A stretch of DNA of 64,000 nt from contig BROI01000006.1 of NCBI GenBank assembly GCA_027923505.1, forward strand, positions 1,054,001 through 1,118,000, read 5' to 3'. The DNA is from Mayamaea pseudoterrestris (lineage: Eukaryota). The first letter of the stretch is position 1; every line of letters starts with the position of its first letter. Under the pieces are notes generated by a model, which saw nothing but the letters and a program-made list of their open reading frames with translations, was not told where the DNA came from and did not search any database. Made by a program: the position numbers and the translations under genes. Positions 23,133 through 36,055 of this stretch are shown in pieces.

Positions 23133-26100
23133 TCAGTTGGCAGGAAACACTGCCATGCGAGCAGCTTCCACATTTATTTTGCGCTCCATTTCCAACTGTA
23201 TCGCATCCTTGATTGCTGCCACCCAGTCACGACGAATGTCTGGAGACGGGCAAAGGATTTGAAACGATTTACGCGGGTGGTGAATTTCAATCAAAAGTTG
23301 GCGGTTCTTTAACGCGGGTGGAAAAAAGTCAGTCACCTTCATTAAATGAAGTGGCAGTTCCTCGCATATTCGATAACCACCAGCTTCCTTCTTCGTGTAA
23401 ATGAGAATGTCCGAAAACAGATAGAACCGAGCATCTGTAGTTCGCCCCGACCGAGTAGACTTCTTGACAAGATTGTCCGACCGAAGGAATGAGCGAGCTG
23501 GATCATGCATGAGAAAGTCGCCGTCAAGAATCTCCTCCACGACCTTCGTCATTTGTATCTTATGCTCCACGTCCACGTGCAACGCCGACATGAGTGAAGC
23601 CATCCAGGCATGAATCTTTCCGAGAGCATAGGCCTTCCGAGCAGGCGATCCAGAGCACGCAGTATCCAGTTCTAGATACCAACTCTCGTCATTGTACGTG
23701 TCGTTTGGGGAAATCCAGCGACCAAAACGACGCTCTTCGAAAGCCTTTAAGCGACCGAGTTGGTTTAAAAAAGCAGCACGCTCTCGCGGCATGTCAAGGA
23801 TAATGGTGCTGGAAAGTGCGTACAGTAAAATTTCGACACAAGGCTCCATGCCCACCGGGTCAAGGTGAGCAGTCTCCATGACGCTGTTGATGACACCGTA
23901 CCATTCGTTCCAAGTCTTCGACACGCAGCTTCTAGCTAAATCCCCAACAGCATCCTGCGCGTTATAGTCCAGCTCCGCGATAAAATCATCGACCGTCGCA
24001 AACTTAAAATGATGCACCGAGAGGCCACGAAGCAAGCACTCGGCGCTTTTAACGTTGCTAAGCATTTCCTCCAACTGTGATGAGGCGCCACCGTCGCTGT
24101 TTTGTAGACCACCATTGAACTTGATAGGATGCGCGGCAATGTCGTCGTATAAGGCTAAGAGAACGTCTTTTGGTACTTCGCTGCCGCATTCGACTCCTCG
24201 GAAATTGCTAGCGAATTCAGTTTTGGTCATCTTCTTGTCTCCCTTTCGAACTCGATTGCAATCTTTGTGAAGGTCAGTGTTCAGCATGATTATTGCAAAC
24301 GAGAGAAGATAAACTACGTCTTCGTTGTCGAATGGGCAGCATTGGCTGTCGCCAGCATTGTCTTGAAAGAAGCATTTTGCAAACGTGCAAATCAATCGAT
24401 CTATCATTTGAGCTTCGCCAGGAAGCTGAAAACCACATTGTGACAGAAAATGTCGCAACCTTCGTTGGTAGAAAGGTTATGATGAGTCAAAGTCTGGATG
24501 AGTGACACAACAAGAATTTCATGTCATAAACCTTACCCTTCGGTCAGCGTCATACCGGCAAAGGAAGTAAAGGAAACGTAAATGAAACGAATCTGGTTCC
24601 AATACTCGACTTCCTTGCTACCAATGCCACTTTCGCTCAGGTAGAGTCCAATTGCTTTTGGATCGAGCGTATCCTTGTGAAGGAAGATGAAATTGGCGAT
24701 ATCTCTTGGGGCAGGAGTGAGAGATCCGCAGGCATACAGGTATTCGATAGCTTTCTTCAAACTTTTCCGATTGGAAATTTCCAATGCTACCATCGTGCAC
24801 TCTCGGTCGCTACGTGCGGTAGATGTAAGACGCTCATTGTGCTTTTCAGCGTATGCATTCTGCCAGAACTTATCGACATCATCATTTGCGTCCGGGGAGC
24901 AATTGTTGGAATTTGCCAGTGACGACGCAACACGACGAGGCGTGAGACCGTTATTGACATCAACGTCGTCACCAATCAAGCGTTGCTCCGCAAAGGATGG
25001 GCTCCGCTCGAAAAGTACAGGAGACGCGAACTGTGTCCATGATAAAAGAAGCTTGCGAAAGATTGGATCAGTGCCGGCTGCAGATGCTATTGCCAACGAC
25101 CGAACAATTTGCAGAAGAGTTTCGAGAGAACTCTTTTTCAGTAATCGAGCAGCTTCTTGCACCGCCATCTTGTCAATCGCAGATCGGCGTTCCAACTTCA
25201 TGGACTCAACTGAAAATTCTGTGAGATTCTCGGTTTCTGACATTATTTTAGTCTGATTCTCTTTGATATGCACTCCGATAATGTCGCCGCATTGTTCCGC
25301 CATTGTACTGAGACAACCGCATAACCGCTGGAAGACCCTCCACGTGGTTCCGTGCATGATCTGGCCCCGACCTTGCAGCTCCTCGCACATATCAGTGTCG
25401 TAATTAAGAAACATTTCAACTACGTCCTTTGGGTCGTCATTAAACCAACATCGAATCTCTTTCAAGACATTTAGTTGTTGAGTCAGTAGGGATACGTTGG
25501 CTTGCTCCGAGCGAAGGTCCAGATTGGGAGGCGACAAGTATTGCGGACCCAATTGAAGGACGCGAATAGCAAAGTGCTCGATGAGCACTCCGATTTCGAC
25601 TTTGCAATTCGAGCGGTAGATGGGCGAGTGCCACAGCTCGGTAACAATTCGGATGAGATGCAGATAAACCCGCGAATTCTCCAATCCAGAACGCGTATTC
25701 GAAAGCATGGCAGGAACAACGAGTCTTCGCACTGCGTATGCGAGAGTGACAACGGATCGCTTATTTTCAATCACATGTTGCGGAGAACCTTTGATTGCCT
25801 CTTGCTCGTCGCTCCAAACCTCCAGAAAGTGGAGAAGAAGCTCAAAGCTGAGCAACTTGCTAGCGATTTCGCGCGGCATCGTTATCGTCTTGGCTGTACG
25901 GTTCTTGCCGGTAGCCACTTTTACAAGGTTTGCAACTACAGCAAAAATCGTCTTGTACGAGTCTTGACAAGAAAATCCATCATCAGAACCTTTCCCAAAC
26001 AATCCATCACCACACGAATGGATCATGTCATGCCAAAAAAGTTCAGAACCTCCAGATCGATGAATTTGGAGAAATGCTAGCTGAGTGTAGTTCGCCCGCT

Positions 26101-28873
26101 CCACGTGATCGACAGCTTCTTCCACAACGCTGTCCACAACGCTCTCCACGAAACCATGCATGTCACCACAATGTCCATCGCTTGATTGCAAATCGACAGA
26201 CGTCTGCCGAAAGATGTGATGGTCTGATTGCAAGACAGCCTCCCCTAACAAGCCAACCAAATGCGATATCAGTTCTTTGAACCCCAAGGCAGCAGCTTGT
26301 GTAGCACCTCCTGGCAAATAAACATTCCCAGTGGCATAATCACGAGGATCATGTAGCAAGTAATCTTCTTGAAGCGCATCGTTTCGGTCATGCTCTAGTA
26401 TCGGTTGCGAAGAGCAGTTCCAAGCCATTCCGGATGGCAAGCTGGCACCAAAGTAGAACACGAAAAAGTAGCATCGGACAACGTACCCAATCGTTCTGGT
26501 ATTGAGCATGCCTCCAGACAACTGTACAGCTGCTCGAACAAACTCGACGCATGCAGGAAAGGTAGTTTCCATGGCATAGGAGGTCGCAACGTCGCAAACT
26601 GTTTGAATTGCCAAGTCCAACAAAGTCACTCGCTTCGAGTATTGGCCAAATTTATGGTCAAAAGTAACGTCATCGCGAAAAAAGTCAGCGTCGATCAACA
26701 ACTTATTTAATCCTTCCACTGCGAGAAGTGCTACACCTCCATGACGTGTGTAGCATGCCGTCAGAACGGGCGTCAACATAATGTTGCGAGACTGCAGTCG
26801 CAAATGCTCGTCCGCTGCATTCGTTTCAATTCTTGGAATGTAGCTCATAGCTTGCGTCAACATTGAATCAACGGTGGAATGAATGTGTCCATTGACAGGC
26901 GTCATTGTTGCAATTAATTGATTCGTCGCTCGCTGCACCAAGGAGGCCAGTTGATGCATTTCATCTAGCTCCAAGTCGCTACTGAACGATTCATGCATCG
27001 ACTTTGCATTGCTGCCTCTCATATCGCAAGTGCTAATAGTTGATTCAACGTCGTGTTCTTGTTGGTTACCACTTGATGGATCATTGCTCATCATGACCGC
27101 TACATGCTTCACCTCGGTTATTTGTCCATTACCACTTTCATTCGACTCACTCAGAGGTGCCGACACGAGCAGTTTGCGCCGCGATGCTTCCATGAGATGC
27201 AGTCGACTCGCAACACTTCCAGGACTTTGCAGTGAATGGGTCGACCGATCCATAATGTGCAAGCGACCAACGTTGGATGAAACAATTGTTGCGCCAGTCG
27301 CATAGTACGCTCGCAACTGCTTTGCCGAGTCAGAATAATAGCAGTCGCCCTCATCGTCATCAGTTTCATCCGTAAAGTCGGCGCCCGCCTTTGGCTGCAC
27401 CGTTCGTAGCAACGGCATTGGACGCAAGACTTCCAAATTGGCCAGCCGCTGGCGATACGCAAGAAACAATTGCTGACCATTCGTTCCTGTCAAACTCGCG
27501 ACGCGATTACGCGGAGTCCGCTCCACTACAGTATAACCAGTTGGAACAGTCTCGGGAGGCAGCAACAACGACAAGCCAGTCAGCGGATTGCCTTCGCGCG
27601 AGCGTCGAAACACCAAGTAGCACCGCTTGCCACTGCATCTTCCAACGTTTGCTGGCACGCCATCTTTGCGCGCCACGCAAAAGCCTGGCGGAACAAACTC
27701 TTGGTCGTCGGGGAAAATGAGTGTGACGGCAGTCACTGTCGGTCGCTGCGTCGCCTTGTCCCAGTTGACTTCCTTGCGAACAAAAATTTCATGGGCGAGC
27801 AATGTCGGCTGGCCACTTGATGTCTGTGAGAGCTTCCAGTAGCCTTGCGGCGGAGGGGATTTCGAGTCCTTGTCGACAATCACAATATCAATAATCGCTC
27901 CCGTCTTTACATCCGGTGGAGCATTCTCCAATGAAAAGGTTTCGGATTGATTGTGTTGCTGTGCCATGCTTGACTTTAAATTGAACTTGTTTCGCGCTTC
28001 GCCCTTTAATTTTGCACCAGGCAATACTTGCGCAACGCCAAATGGACTATTCGAGAGGTGACGCGCATACTCGCTAGCAAATTGGTGAAGCTGCCGCTTC
28101 GGTAAAGGCTGTTGCTGCCGAGTCGTACTGGGCTTGGTGCTTGATGCAGACGATGAATGATCCTCCTTCTTTTCCTCGCCACTAAACGCTCGGCGCTTGT
28201 TCCAAAAGGAACGCTTCTTGGGCGGCTTGCTTTTGATTGTCGCGTTGCTAATCATTACTTTAGTCGGACTTTCCATGATATCAAGAGGTTCAAGAGTTGC
28301 TGCTCCTGTCATTGTCGCTGCGCGCGGCGTTGATTGCTTTTGAATCTGTTCAATCCAAGGGTCCTCCTTTTCTTGCTGGAGCGATTCTCGGCATAAATGC
28401 ACCAAAGACGCATGTCCGATGCGCGAATAAGCTTGTACGACTACTGCAGGTTCGGCTTGTTCAATCAAGTCGGCTTTGCTCAGGTCGAGCGCAGCAATAC
28501 TATCTTCCAGCCGCGGTTTGCCGACAAGATCGTCAAAGAAATCGTCCATGTCGCTGCTGCTACTGTTGCTCCCAAAGGAAGAGTCCCCAGCAGCTTGCGT
28601 CGGAGATGACGATGGTTTCGTTTTAAGCAAGTCGCTACTTGTCGTACTCGCAATATTGTAGTCGTCATTCGAGGGAGGAGAGTCACGTTGCGTGAGCTGA
28701 TCGAGCAAGTCTTTTGTCACGCCACAAGCAGCGGCAATCCAAGCGTCGTTCGGAGATGTATTGTGAATTTCATCCGTCATGATCAAGTCAGTGGAGGAAA
28801 CCATCGATACAGGATTGTTATCTTTCAGAGCAGCCAGACGGTCGTTGTTGTCGTGGATGCCGATGGCCGCCAT
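23133..28873 (-). CDS. Large Sec7 ARF guanine-nucleotide exchange factor with MABP-like, Sec7_N, Sec7 and PH domains; exons 28873-24537 and 24459-23133
   Basis: FQLPGEAQMIDR (glutamic finger), YLLSFAIIMLNTDLH, SKLLSFELL, NYDTD, PH-like RFYLFSDILIY...WVAAI. A GT-AG intron at 24460-24536 joins the two ORFs in frame. Confidence 0.92.
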
Positions 28874-29333
28874 GGTTGTGTGTGTTCGTTTCGGCGCAAA
28901 CGATCATCAGACCGTTACTCAAAGATACCTTTTGCCACGTCATTTAAAAACCAGTCCGACATTTAAGCGTGACTGACGACACACATGCAACTGGACACGT
29001 CGACTTTCGCAATGCAAGTTCACCATGACGCGCCCATGCTCGCACGATTTGTCCAAGAGCGGACACTCGTGGGTCGTCTTGCCTTGGAGACGAAAATAGC
29101 CTATTGTACTATGGACGTGACTGTACACAAGTTCCGGTTCCAGCGACCGTTCCAGTCGTGATGATCGTCGACGACGACGCGCCTCGCCGGATGAAATTGT
29201 TGCGGCGCAACCATTGGATAACAGACTGCGCGGCATCATACTACAAACCCATCAAACCTTGGAACAATCTCGCAGATTCGAAACGAGAGGAATTAACTTA
29301 TTAAATTTTTCAGTCCATTCGCATATTACAAGC

Positions 29334-30413
29334 ATGAGGAAGCTTTCTGTTACACTTGCAATCTCGCTGATGGCCGCGCAGGCGCAAGGCTTGTCAAGCA
29401 TGCCAACCATGATTGCCTCCAGCCACCAACCGACAAGCATGCCCCGAACTCCAGCTTTTTACCAGTCCCGGAAACGTATCAGCAAACGGCAAATGCCAGT
29501 ATTGCATCGAAAGAAACAATCCAATAGCAGCAGCAACGATTCCTTTCCTTCGTCCGTCGCGCCATTCGTGGCGGCATCGGCAACGATTGCCCTTCCCATC
29601 ATGGCCACGGCAGCCGCGCAAGCGTTGCTACACGGATCATCCCACAATCCAGCCGTAGAGGCTGAAGTCTTGACGGATTTGGCCCATGTGACACTTGATG
29701 TGGCAACACTCTTTGGCCCATCCAAACTGGGAATCCGCTTGTCAAGCATTATTGGCAGACTCTTTGTGATTGCGGCCGATTATGTTCCGGATCATACCAT
29801 TGTGGCGGAGGAAATGATTTTTCAAAGCATCATGCTTGGCTTGGCGGCGTTTGGTTTTTGCCGAAGTGCACTGCCAATGTTACTGGCGGCGGGAAGCAAT
29901 GGAACGACTAGTCTCAAGCGCGGCAAGGTTTACCTGAATTTGTTGCAGCCGACTGGAATGAGCTGGAACCAGTTCAAGGCCATGGACGTCATGTGCATGG
30001 ACTGGATTACCATGCAAGCTGGGGAAACACTTGCGGATGACGCTGAGAATGGCAAGTACGTTTACTGGTTGTACTCGGGCAATGTGCTCGTCTCGGAGCA
30101 GAACCGAGTGCTTCACAACATGACGGCGACATCGGGAAAGACTGCCGCTGAAGCTCTTGTCAATGAGGCCCAGCTCATGAGTCAGCATAAGCGTAAGACG
30201 ACGTTGTTTAATTCCGATGCAATCGATGCGGAACCACCGGTTGCTGCGGCGCCCGCCATTCAAGCGGGTGCCGACGGCGCGACGCTCTTGCGCATCAACC
30301 TTCCCAAGCTCCGCGTCCTCATGAAGGCTGACAAGGAACTTGAAGATTGCATGAAGACGTTGGCCTTTCAAAGTCTTCAAAGCAAGCTGTTGACGGCGCA
30401 GTCAATGGCATGA
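29334..30413 (+). CDS. Signal-peptide-bearing (probably plastid) membrane protein with a possible cNMP-binding/Popeye-like C-terminal fold
   Basis: Signal MRKLSVTLAISLMAAQAQG, hydrophobic helices, GETL...YVYWLYSGNVLV and GATLLRINLPKLR. Confidence 0.65.
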   Translation: MRKLSVTLAISLMAAQAQGLSSMPTMIASSHQPTSMPRTPAFYQSRKRISKRQMPVLHRKKQSNSSSNDSFPSSVAPFVAASATIALPIMATAAAQALLHGSSHNPAVEAEVLTDLAHVTLDVATLFGPSKLGIRLSSIIGRLFVIAADYVPDHTIVAEEMIFQSIMLGLAAFGFCRSALPMLLAAGSNGTTSLKRGKVYLNLLQPTGMSWNQFKAMDVMCMDWITMQAGETLADDAENGKYVYWLYSGNVLVSEQNRVLHNMTATSGKTAAEALVNEAQLMSQHKRKTTLFNSDAIDAEPPVAAAPAIQAGADGATLLRINLPKLRVLMKADKELEDCMKTLAFQSLQSKLLTAQSMA

Positions 30414-30769
30414 CTACAGTGCATATTGCAGTGGACGTGAGTAACTCTGTCACCGCGAGTTACCACTTCGTTTGTTCATACACATTTTGGTTGCATGCTT
30501 GTCTGTCTTGCAACCATGCATATATACGACAATAACTTTATAGATAGAGGAGACGGATATAGAACTTTAGAAATATAAACATACAAACATAGACACTTAT
30601 GATAAATGATCAATCAATTATTGACGGCCGGTCAGAGTGATCTTCCGTAAGGATGTACAATGTATGACGCGACGACAGCAACGAACAGCAATCTTCTGTT
30701 TACTAGCAAATAGGAAAATGTTTGTTAACTTGGCGTTACCGCGAAAGAAGAAGCCATTTTTATTCCTCA

Positions 30770-33700
30770 TTATGCCTCTGTGGGCACAGATCCATATCCG
30801 CCGCCACCAGGCGTTTCGATGCGCAAAGTCTCGCCACACTCGATGGTACCGCTGCAACGTCCGCCCATGTTCACGACAATTCCATTATTTCTCACAAGCA
30901 AGTTGCGTCCGCATGCTCCATCGTCGCCTCCCTCCAAGCCATACGGATGCAGCGTTCGGCGCTCGCTCAAGATGCTCATTGTCAAAGGACGAAGCGGTTC
31001 GAGTTCGCGTATAACTCCATCACCTCCAGTATGCATGCCTTGGCCGCCACTGCCGCGGCGTAATGCGAACTGACGCAAGAGCACTGGGTAACGGCGCTCA
31101 AGAATCTCTGGATCCGTGATGCGAGTGTTGGTACAGTGCGTGTGTACGCCGGAAACGCCATTCCATGTTGGACCGGCGCCAGACCCACCGGCGATAGTCT
31201 CATAGTATCCAAAGTCCTCGTCGCCAAAAGTTAAATTATTCATGCATCCTTGACTAGCAGCGCATGCCTTGAAAGCCTTCAAGACGACATCGACGACTCG
31301 CTGACTTGTCAACACATTGCCTCCAACGACGCCGGCATCATCCGATGGGTTCAGCAACGAATACCGCGGAATCACAAACTCGATTGGCGCAAGGCAGCCT
31401 TGGTTTAGTGGGATGTCCTCGGCAACTAGGGAGCGCAGCGAATAAATGACAGCGCTGTACGTGACGGCCGGAGGAGCATTGTGATTTGCAAGTACCTGAG
31501 GCCCAGTCCCGGTGAAGTCAAATCTGGCAGAGCCATTACTAGGATCAATGTCAATTGTCAATTCGATTCTTGATCCATCATCCATGTGATCAACAGCATG
31601 AGCTCTTGTTCCGTGCTCGGTCGCAAAGTCTATTAACATTTTACGAACAGACTTTTCTGCGTTTTTCTGGATAAAACCCATGTAGGCCTGGACATGGCGG
31701 AGCCCAAATTCTCCCACGAGCTCCTTTAGTAACCGGATACCGGAATTGTTTGCAGCCACTTGAGCCCTCAGGTCGCTGAGATTATCTCGCAAATTACGCG
31801 TACCGAAATTGCCGGGCAGTTTACCGGGTGATTGCAGGATTTCAGTGATGCCTGCTTCTTGGAAGGTGCCTTGCTTTACCAATTTGAAAGCCACTATCAT
31901 CGCTCCTTCATCTTCAAGGCGCATGGAGTGAGGAGGCATAGAGCCTGGTGCAATGCCACCGATCTGTAAAACAATAGAACAAGGAAAGTTTGAGGCACAT
32001 CGGATAGCCCACTCGAATGTCAACAAAAATGTTACGTACGTCAGCATGATGACCTCGGGATGCTACAAAGAAAATAATTCGACCCTCATGAAAGACTGGC
32101 GTAATGACTGTTATATCTGGAAGATGTGAGCCGCCGGCAAGCTGTGGGTGATTGGATACAAGCACGTCGCCCTCTTGTATGCCCTCGAAGCCTTCCTGGT
32201 TCCAATACTCAACCTGGAAACGGACTGCTCGTTCCATCGCACCAAGATGAACCGGAATGTGAGGGGCGTTTGCAACAAGCCCTCCAGCTTCAGTAAATAG
32301 CGCACAGGAAAAGTCGAGACGCTCCTTCATGTTTACAGAAATAGCAGTCCTTTGCAGCGTTCTTCCCATTTGCTCCGCAATGCCCATGAATCGGTGCCCG
32401 TAGATGCTCAGTTGTACAGGGTCTTCGACAATTGTATCCGACGCTGCGCTGCCATGATCATGTGCCGTGTGAATCTCAATTTCAATGTCACGCTCGGCCG
32501 TGATGAAAGCGGAGCAAAGCGGTTCGACAAGCACAACGCTGATTGGTTGAATAATAATGGCCGGGCCAGAAATCTCATGACCAGGCTCAAGATCATCCAT
32601 TTGAAACACTGGAATGTCCTCCCATCCTGTTTCAAAGTATGCTCGACTAGTGTCCGCTGGAGTCGGTGGACCACGACCAGCCGGCCTTGGAGGGTGAACC
32701 AACGTCTCGCCAGGGACCACGGCTCGGACACGATAATCGTCAATCAGTATGTCGCGACCCGTCAGAGTGAAACCAAATTCTCTTTCGTAAAGAGCAGTGA
32801 AAGCTGCTTCGAATGATTCATTGTCATTTTCTTGAATCATAATTGCGTTATCTGTTCCTTCATAACGCATGTTGATAAACCGTGTTACATTTATTTCGTC
32901 TGCACCATATCCTTGACGTTTTAACGCAGCCGTAGCCTTTTCGGCCAGAGATGCAAGTCGTATTCGACCAGTCTCTGAGATTTGCCCTTGATACGTTTCG
33001 GCCGTTGGCTCTTGTTCTTCATGAACCGCGTCGGCCAGTCCAAGGCCGTAAGCTGATAAGATGCCTCCATATCGATGGATGAACACCTTCTTCATTCCCA
33101 GCGCCTTTGCCATGGCGCAGGCATGCTGCGGCCCAGCCCCACCAAAGCAAGCAAGGATATGCGTCGTTATATCAAAGCCTCGCATCTGTGTCAAGTTTCG
33201 AATTGGTCGGCACATGGCCTCGTTTGCCACGAGCAAAAAGCCAAAGGCAAGCTCTTCGACGGAACGCCCCGCCGCCTCGGGCAATTTGGTCAGTTCAGCA
33301 AAGGCGGCTCGTGCCCCGTCCACATCCAAGGGCTCGTTCTCGTTTGGTCCGAAGATCTGAGGAAAATACTTTGGCACGACACGTCCCAGCACCACATTTG
33401 CATCCGTCACTGCCAAGTAGCCATTCTTTCTGTAGCAGACTGGTCCAGGATGCGCTCGCGACGACTCTGGCCCTACCAAGAACATGCCTCGTTTCAAAAA
33501 CAATCGACTTCCACCACCAGCCGCAACTGTATGAATATCAAGCTGCGGAGCTTGAATGGCAACACCAGCCGTGACCGTCTCAAAGACATGCTCCAACGTG
33601 CCGGCGAACCGTGAAACATCCGTCGAAGTGCCTCCCATATCGAAACCAATGACTGGTACATTGTCCTTGTAGCAAGTCTTGGCGTAGCCAACAACTCCAC

Positions 33701-34717
33701 CTTCGAATGGAAGAATATTGGGTGAAAACAATGCGTAATTCGTCACACATCTGGACACACTCACACAAATAAGACACATCGATACATACCAGCCGGTCCA
33801 CTGAGAATCGCCTGATGTCCTCCAAAATCCGTCACTGGCGCCAACCCTCCATCACTCTTCATAAATGTAAGCGGCACTTTTGCCAAGTTTTCATCAAATC
33901 CCTTGACGAAATTGTACAAGTAGGCATCAATCTTTGGCGTCAAGTAGGCTGCCGCACAGGCCGTATGCCCACGCGGTACCATGCGCACCATGGGCATGAC
34001 TTTATGCGAAAGTGAAATTTGGGTAAAGCAACCCATGCTTTGCGCAACCTTGGCAATAACGTCCTCGTGCTCGCCCCAAACGTAGGAATGCAGCAAGCAA
34101 ATGGCAAGCGCCGTGATTCCTGCATCGCGCAAAGTTTCAAGTTGCTGACGAACCAAGTCAAGGTTTGGTGCTTGAACCACTTGAATGGTCTCTCCCGTGA
34201 CACCCAGGTGTTCCGTATACTTGTCCGTCCATTCGCTAGGCGTGAATTCCTTGAGAACAATGCGCTCATCCACTTCAATGACTCTTGTATAAAGCAGCGA
34301 CGGCTTGCGGCAGGTCAAGTCAAAAATGTTTGGACGACTCTGATTTCCAATGTCTAGCAAATCTCCAAAGCCTTTCGTTGTGATCAAGGCCATGGGCGCT
34401 CCGTCACGCTCGAGCAAGGCATTGGTGGCAACGGTTGTTCCCATGCGAATGGATCCAATCTGCGACGTGTCAACAAGTGTTTCGCGACTATTGTCACCAC
34501 CCGCTGCTCCGAATTCCTGCAAGATACGTCGAATTCCTTCCGTCGGCGCGTCGAGATAGTGCGAAGGATCCTCCGACAAGAGCTTTCGGACAATCTCTTG
34601 GTTGTTGGGCAGTCGGCAAAAGACGTCGGTGAAGGTTCCGCCTCGATCAATGCAAAAGTGAAACTTGCCGTCACCATTGGTGCTCGTAGTGCTAGAAATA
34701 GTATTAGTATTAGTCAT
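30770..34717 (-). CDS. OPLAH: 5-oxoprolinase (ATP-hydrolysing); introns 33701-33789 and 31964-32039
   Basis: [68 protein letters not shown]. Both GT-AG introns restore the frame. Confidence 0.96.
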
Positions 34718-34834
34718 TGGTCGTGTAGTGCAATGCCCTTTTCCCGATATTGTTAGGACTCGGAATGCAGTCGAGCAAGGGTCGAAGTTTTGGATCCAAT
34801 CTGTTTCGGAGCGACGAAGAGTCGACGTGCATGT

Positions 34835-35229
34835 ACGTCACAAGGCAATAGTACGAAATGAGTGCCAGTGTCAATTACGTCACTAGGCAGTAGTACGAAA
34901 CGAATGCCAGTGAAAACAGCGTCATAAGGCAATAGTATGAAACAAGTGCCAGTGAAAACTGCGTCACAAGGCAATAGTGCGAAACGAGTGCCAGTGAAAA
35001 CTGCGTCATACTTGATTAGTGCGAAACGAGTGCCAATGAATAGTGCGTCTTAAGGCAATAGCGTGAAACGAGTGCCAGTGAAAACTGCGTCACTAAGGCT
35101 ATATTGCGAAACGAGTGCCAGTGAAAACTGCGTCACAAGGCTATATTACGAAACAAGTGCCAGTGTCAATTACGTCACGAGGCTATAATACAAAACGAGT
35201 GCCAGTGTCAATTACGTCACAGGACAATA
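34835..35229. repeat. 42-bp minisatellite, ~9.4 units, upstream of OPLAH (same family as 734-1128)
   Basis: Same consensus unit and orientation, with independently diverged copies. Confidence 0.97.
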
Positions 35230-36055
35230 CTCAGTAGTACAAGTCATTCGTTCGAAGGGCCTCCACCATGATGATGTTATTGACAGTCCATAGTCCATAC
35301 CCGTCTAATAAGCTACAGTAGCTTTCTTTCCTTGTATAAAAAGCGTTTCATTCGAATGTGTAATGATAATATTGAGTGCATGGCTCGCTGTACGATTCAG
35401 GTTACTATGAGCATGACATGGGACATGGCGACACGTCTGACGACCGACGACCGACGACGACAATCCAAATTCATGGCGGCACATTGTTAATGACACAACG
35501 GCGATGAGCAAGAGATGAGCAACGAGCTAAGTATGGTCCTATACCTGATAGTGAATTGTTCGAGTGGGCGAGCTACTTTCACTTAAAATGCGACAAGACA
35601 GTCTTTTGTCGGCATAAACTGGGGTAGTCGGTGGCCGTAAGCCGACCATTCATATCGGACATAGGTACGAGTATTGGAGAAAACAAACGAATCATTAACA
35701 GTCTCTTCGCGAGACGCTGAATGCCGCTGAAGGACGCTTTTCGTCGCCGATCTATTTTGAAGCCAGGGAATGACAGCGGCGTCAATGCCTGAATAACAAG
35801 TGCCTTTTGCTTTGAATCTGCATTTCCAAATCGACACGCAAAACCATACATTTTTTAAGATGTGCATGACAAGTTGCTTTACTATTCAATTCTAATGTTT
35901 ATGGGGTTTTGGGGCTGTCCGACTGTGCGCGAGTAACGTAAAGCTTCTTCTCGGCAGTCGAAACAGTGCTGCGCTTGACAATCATGTTTTTCCATCTGTT
36001 TTGCAAACAACATTGCTTCCTTGTGCCATTCCTTGAGTCTCTACCAGCATCCGGA

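Noticed and set aside
34835..35229. 42-bp unit as a hammerhead ribozyme (contains CGAAAC and GTC)
   Set aside because: No CUGANGA core on either strand and no consistent stem III.
35260..35550. Possible C/D snoRNA (ATGATGA at ~35268 with downstream CTGA)
   Set aside because: Box spacing is long, with no terminal stem or recognisable rRNA guide.
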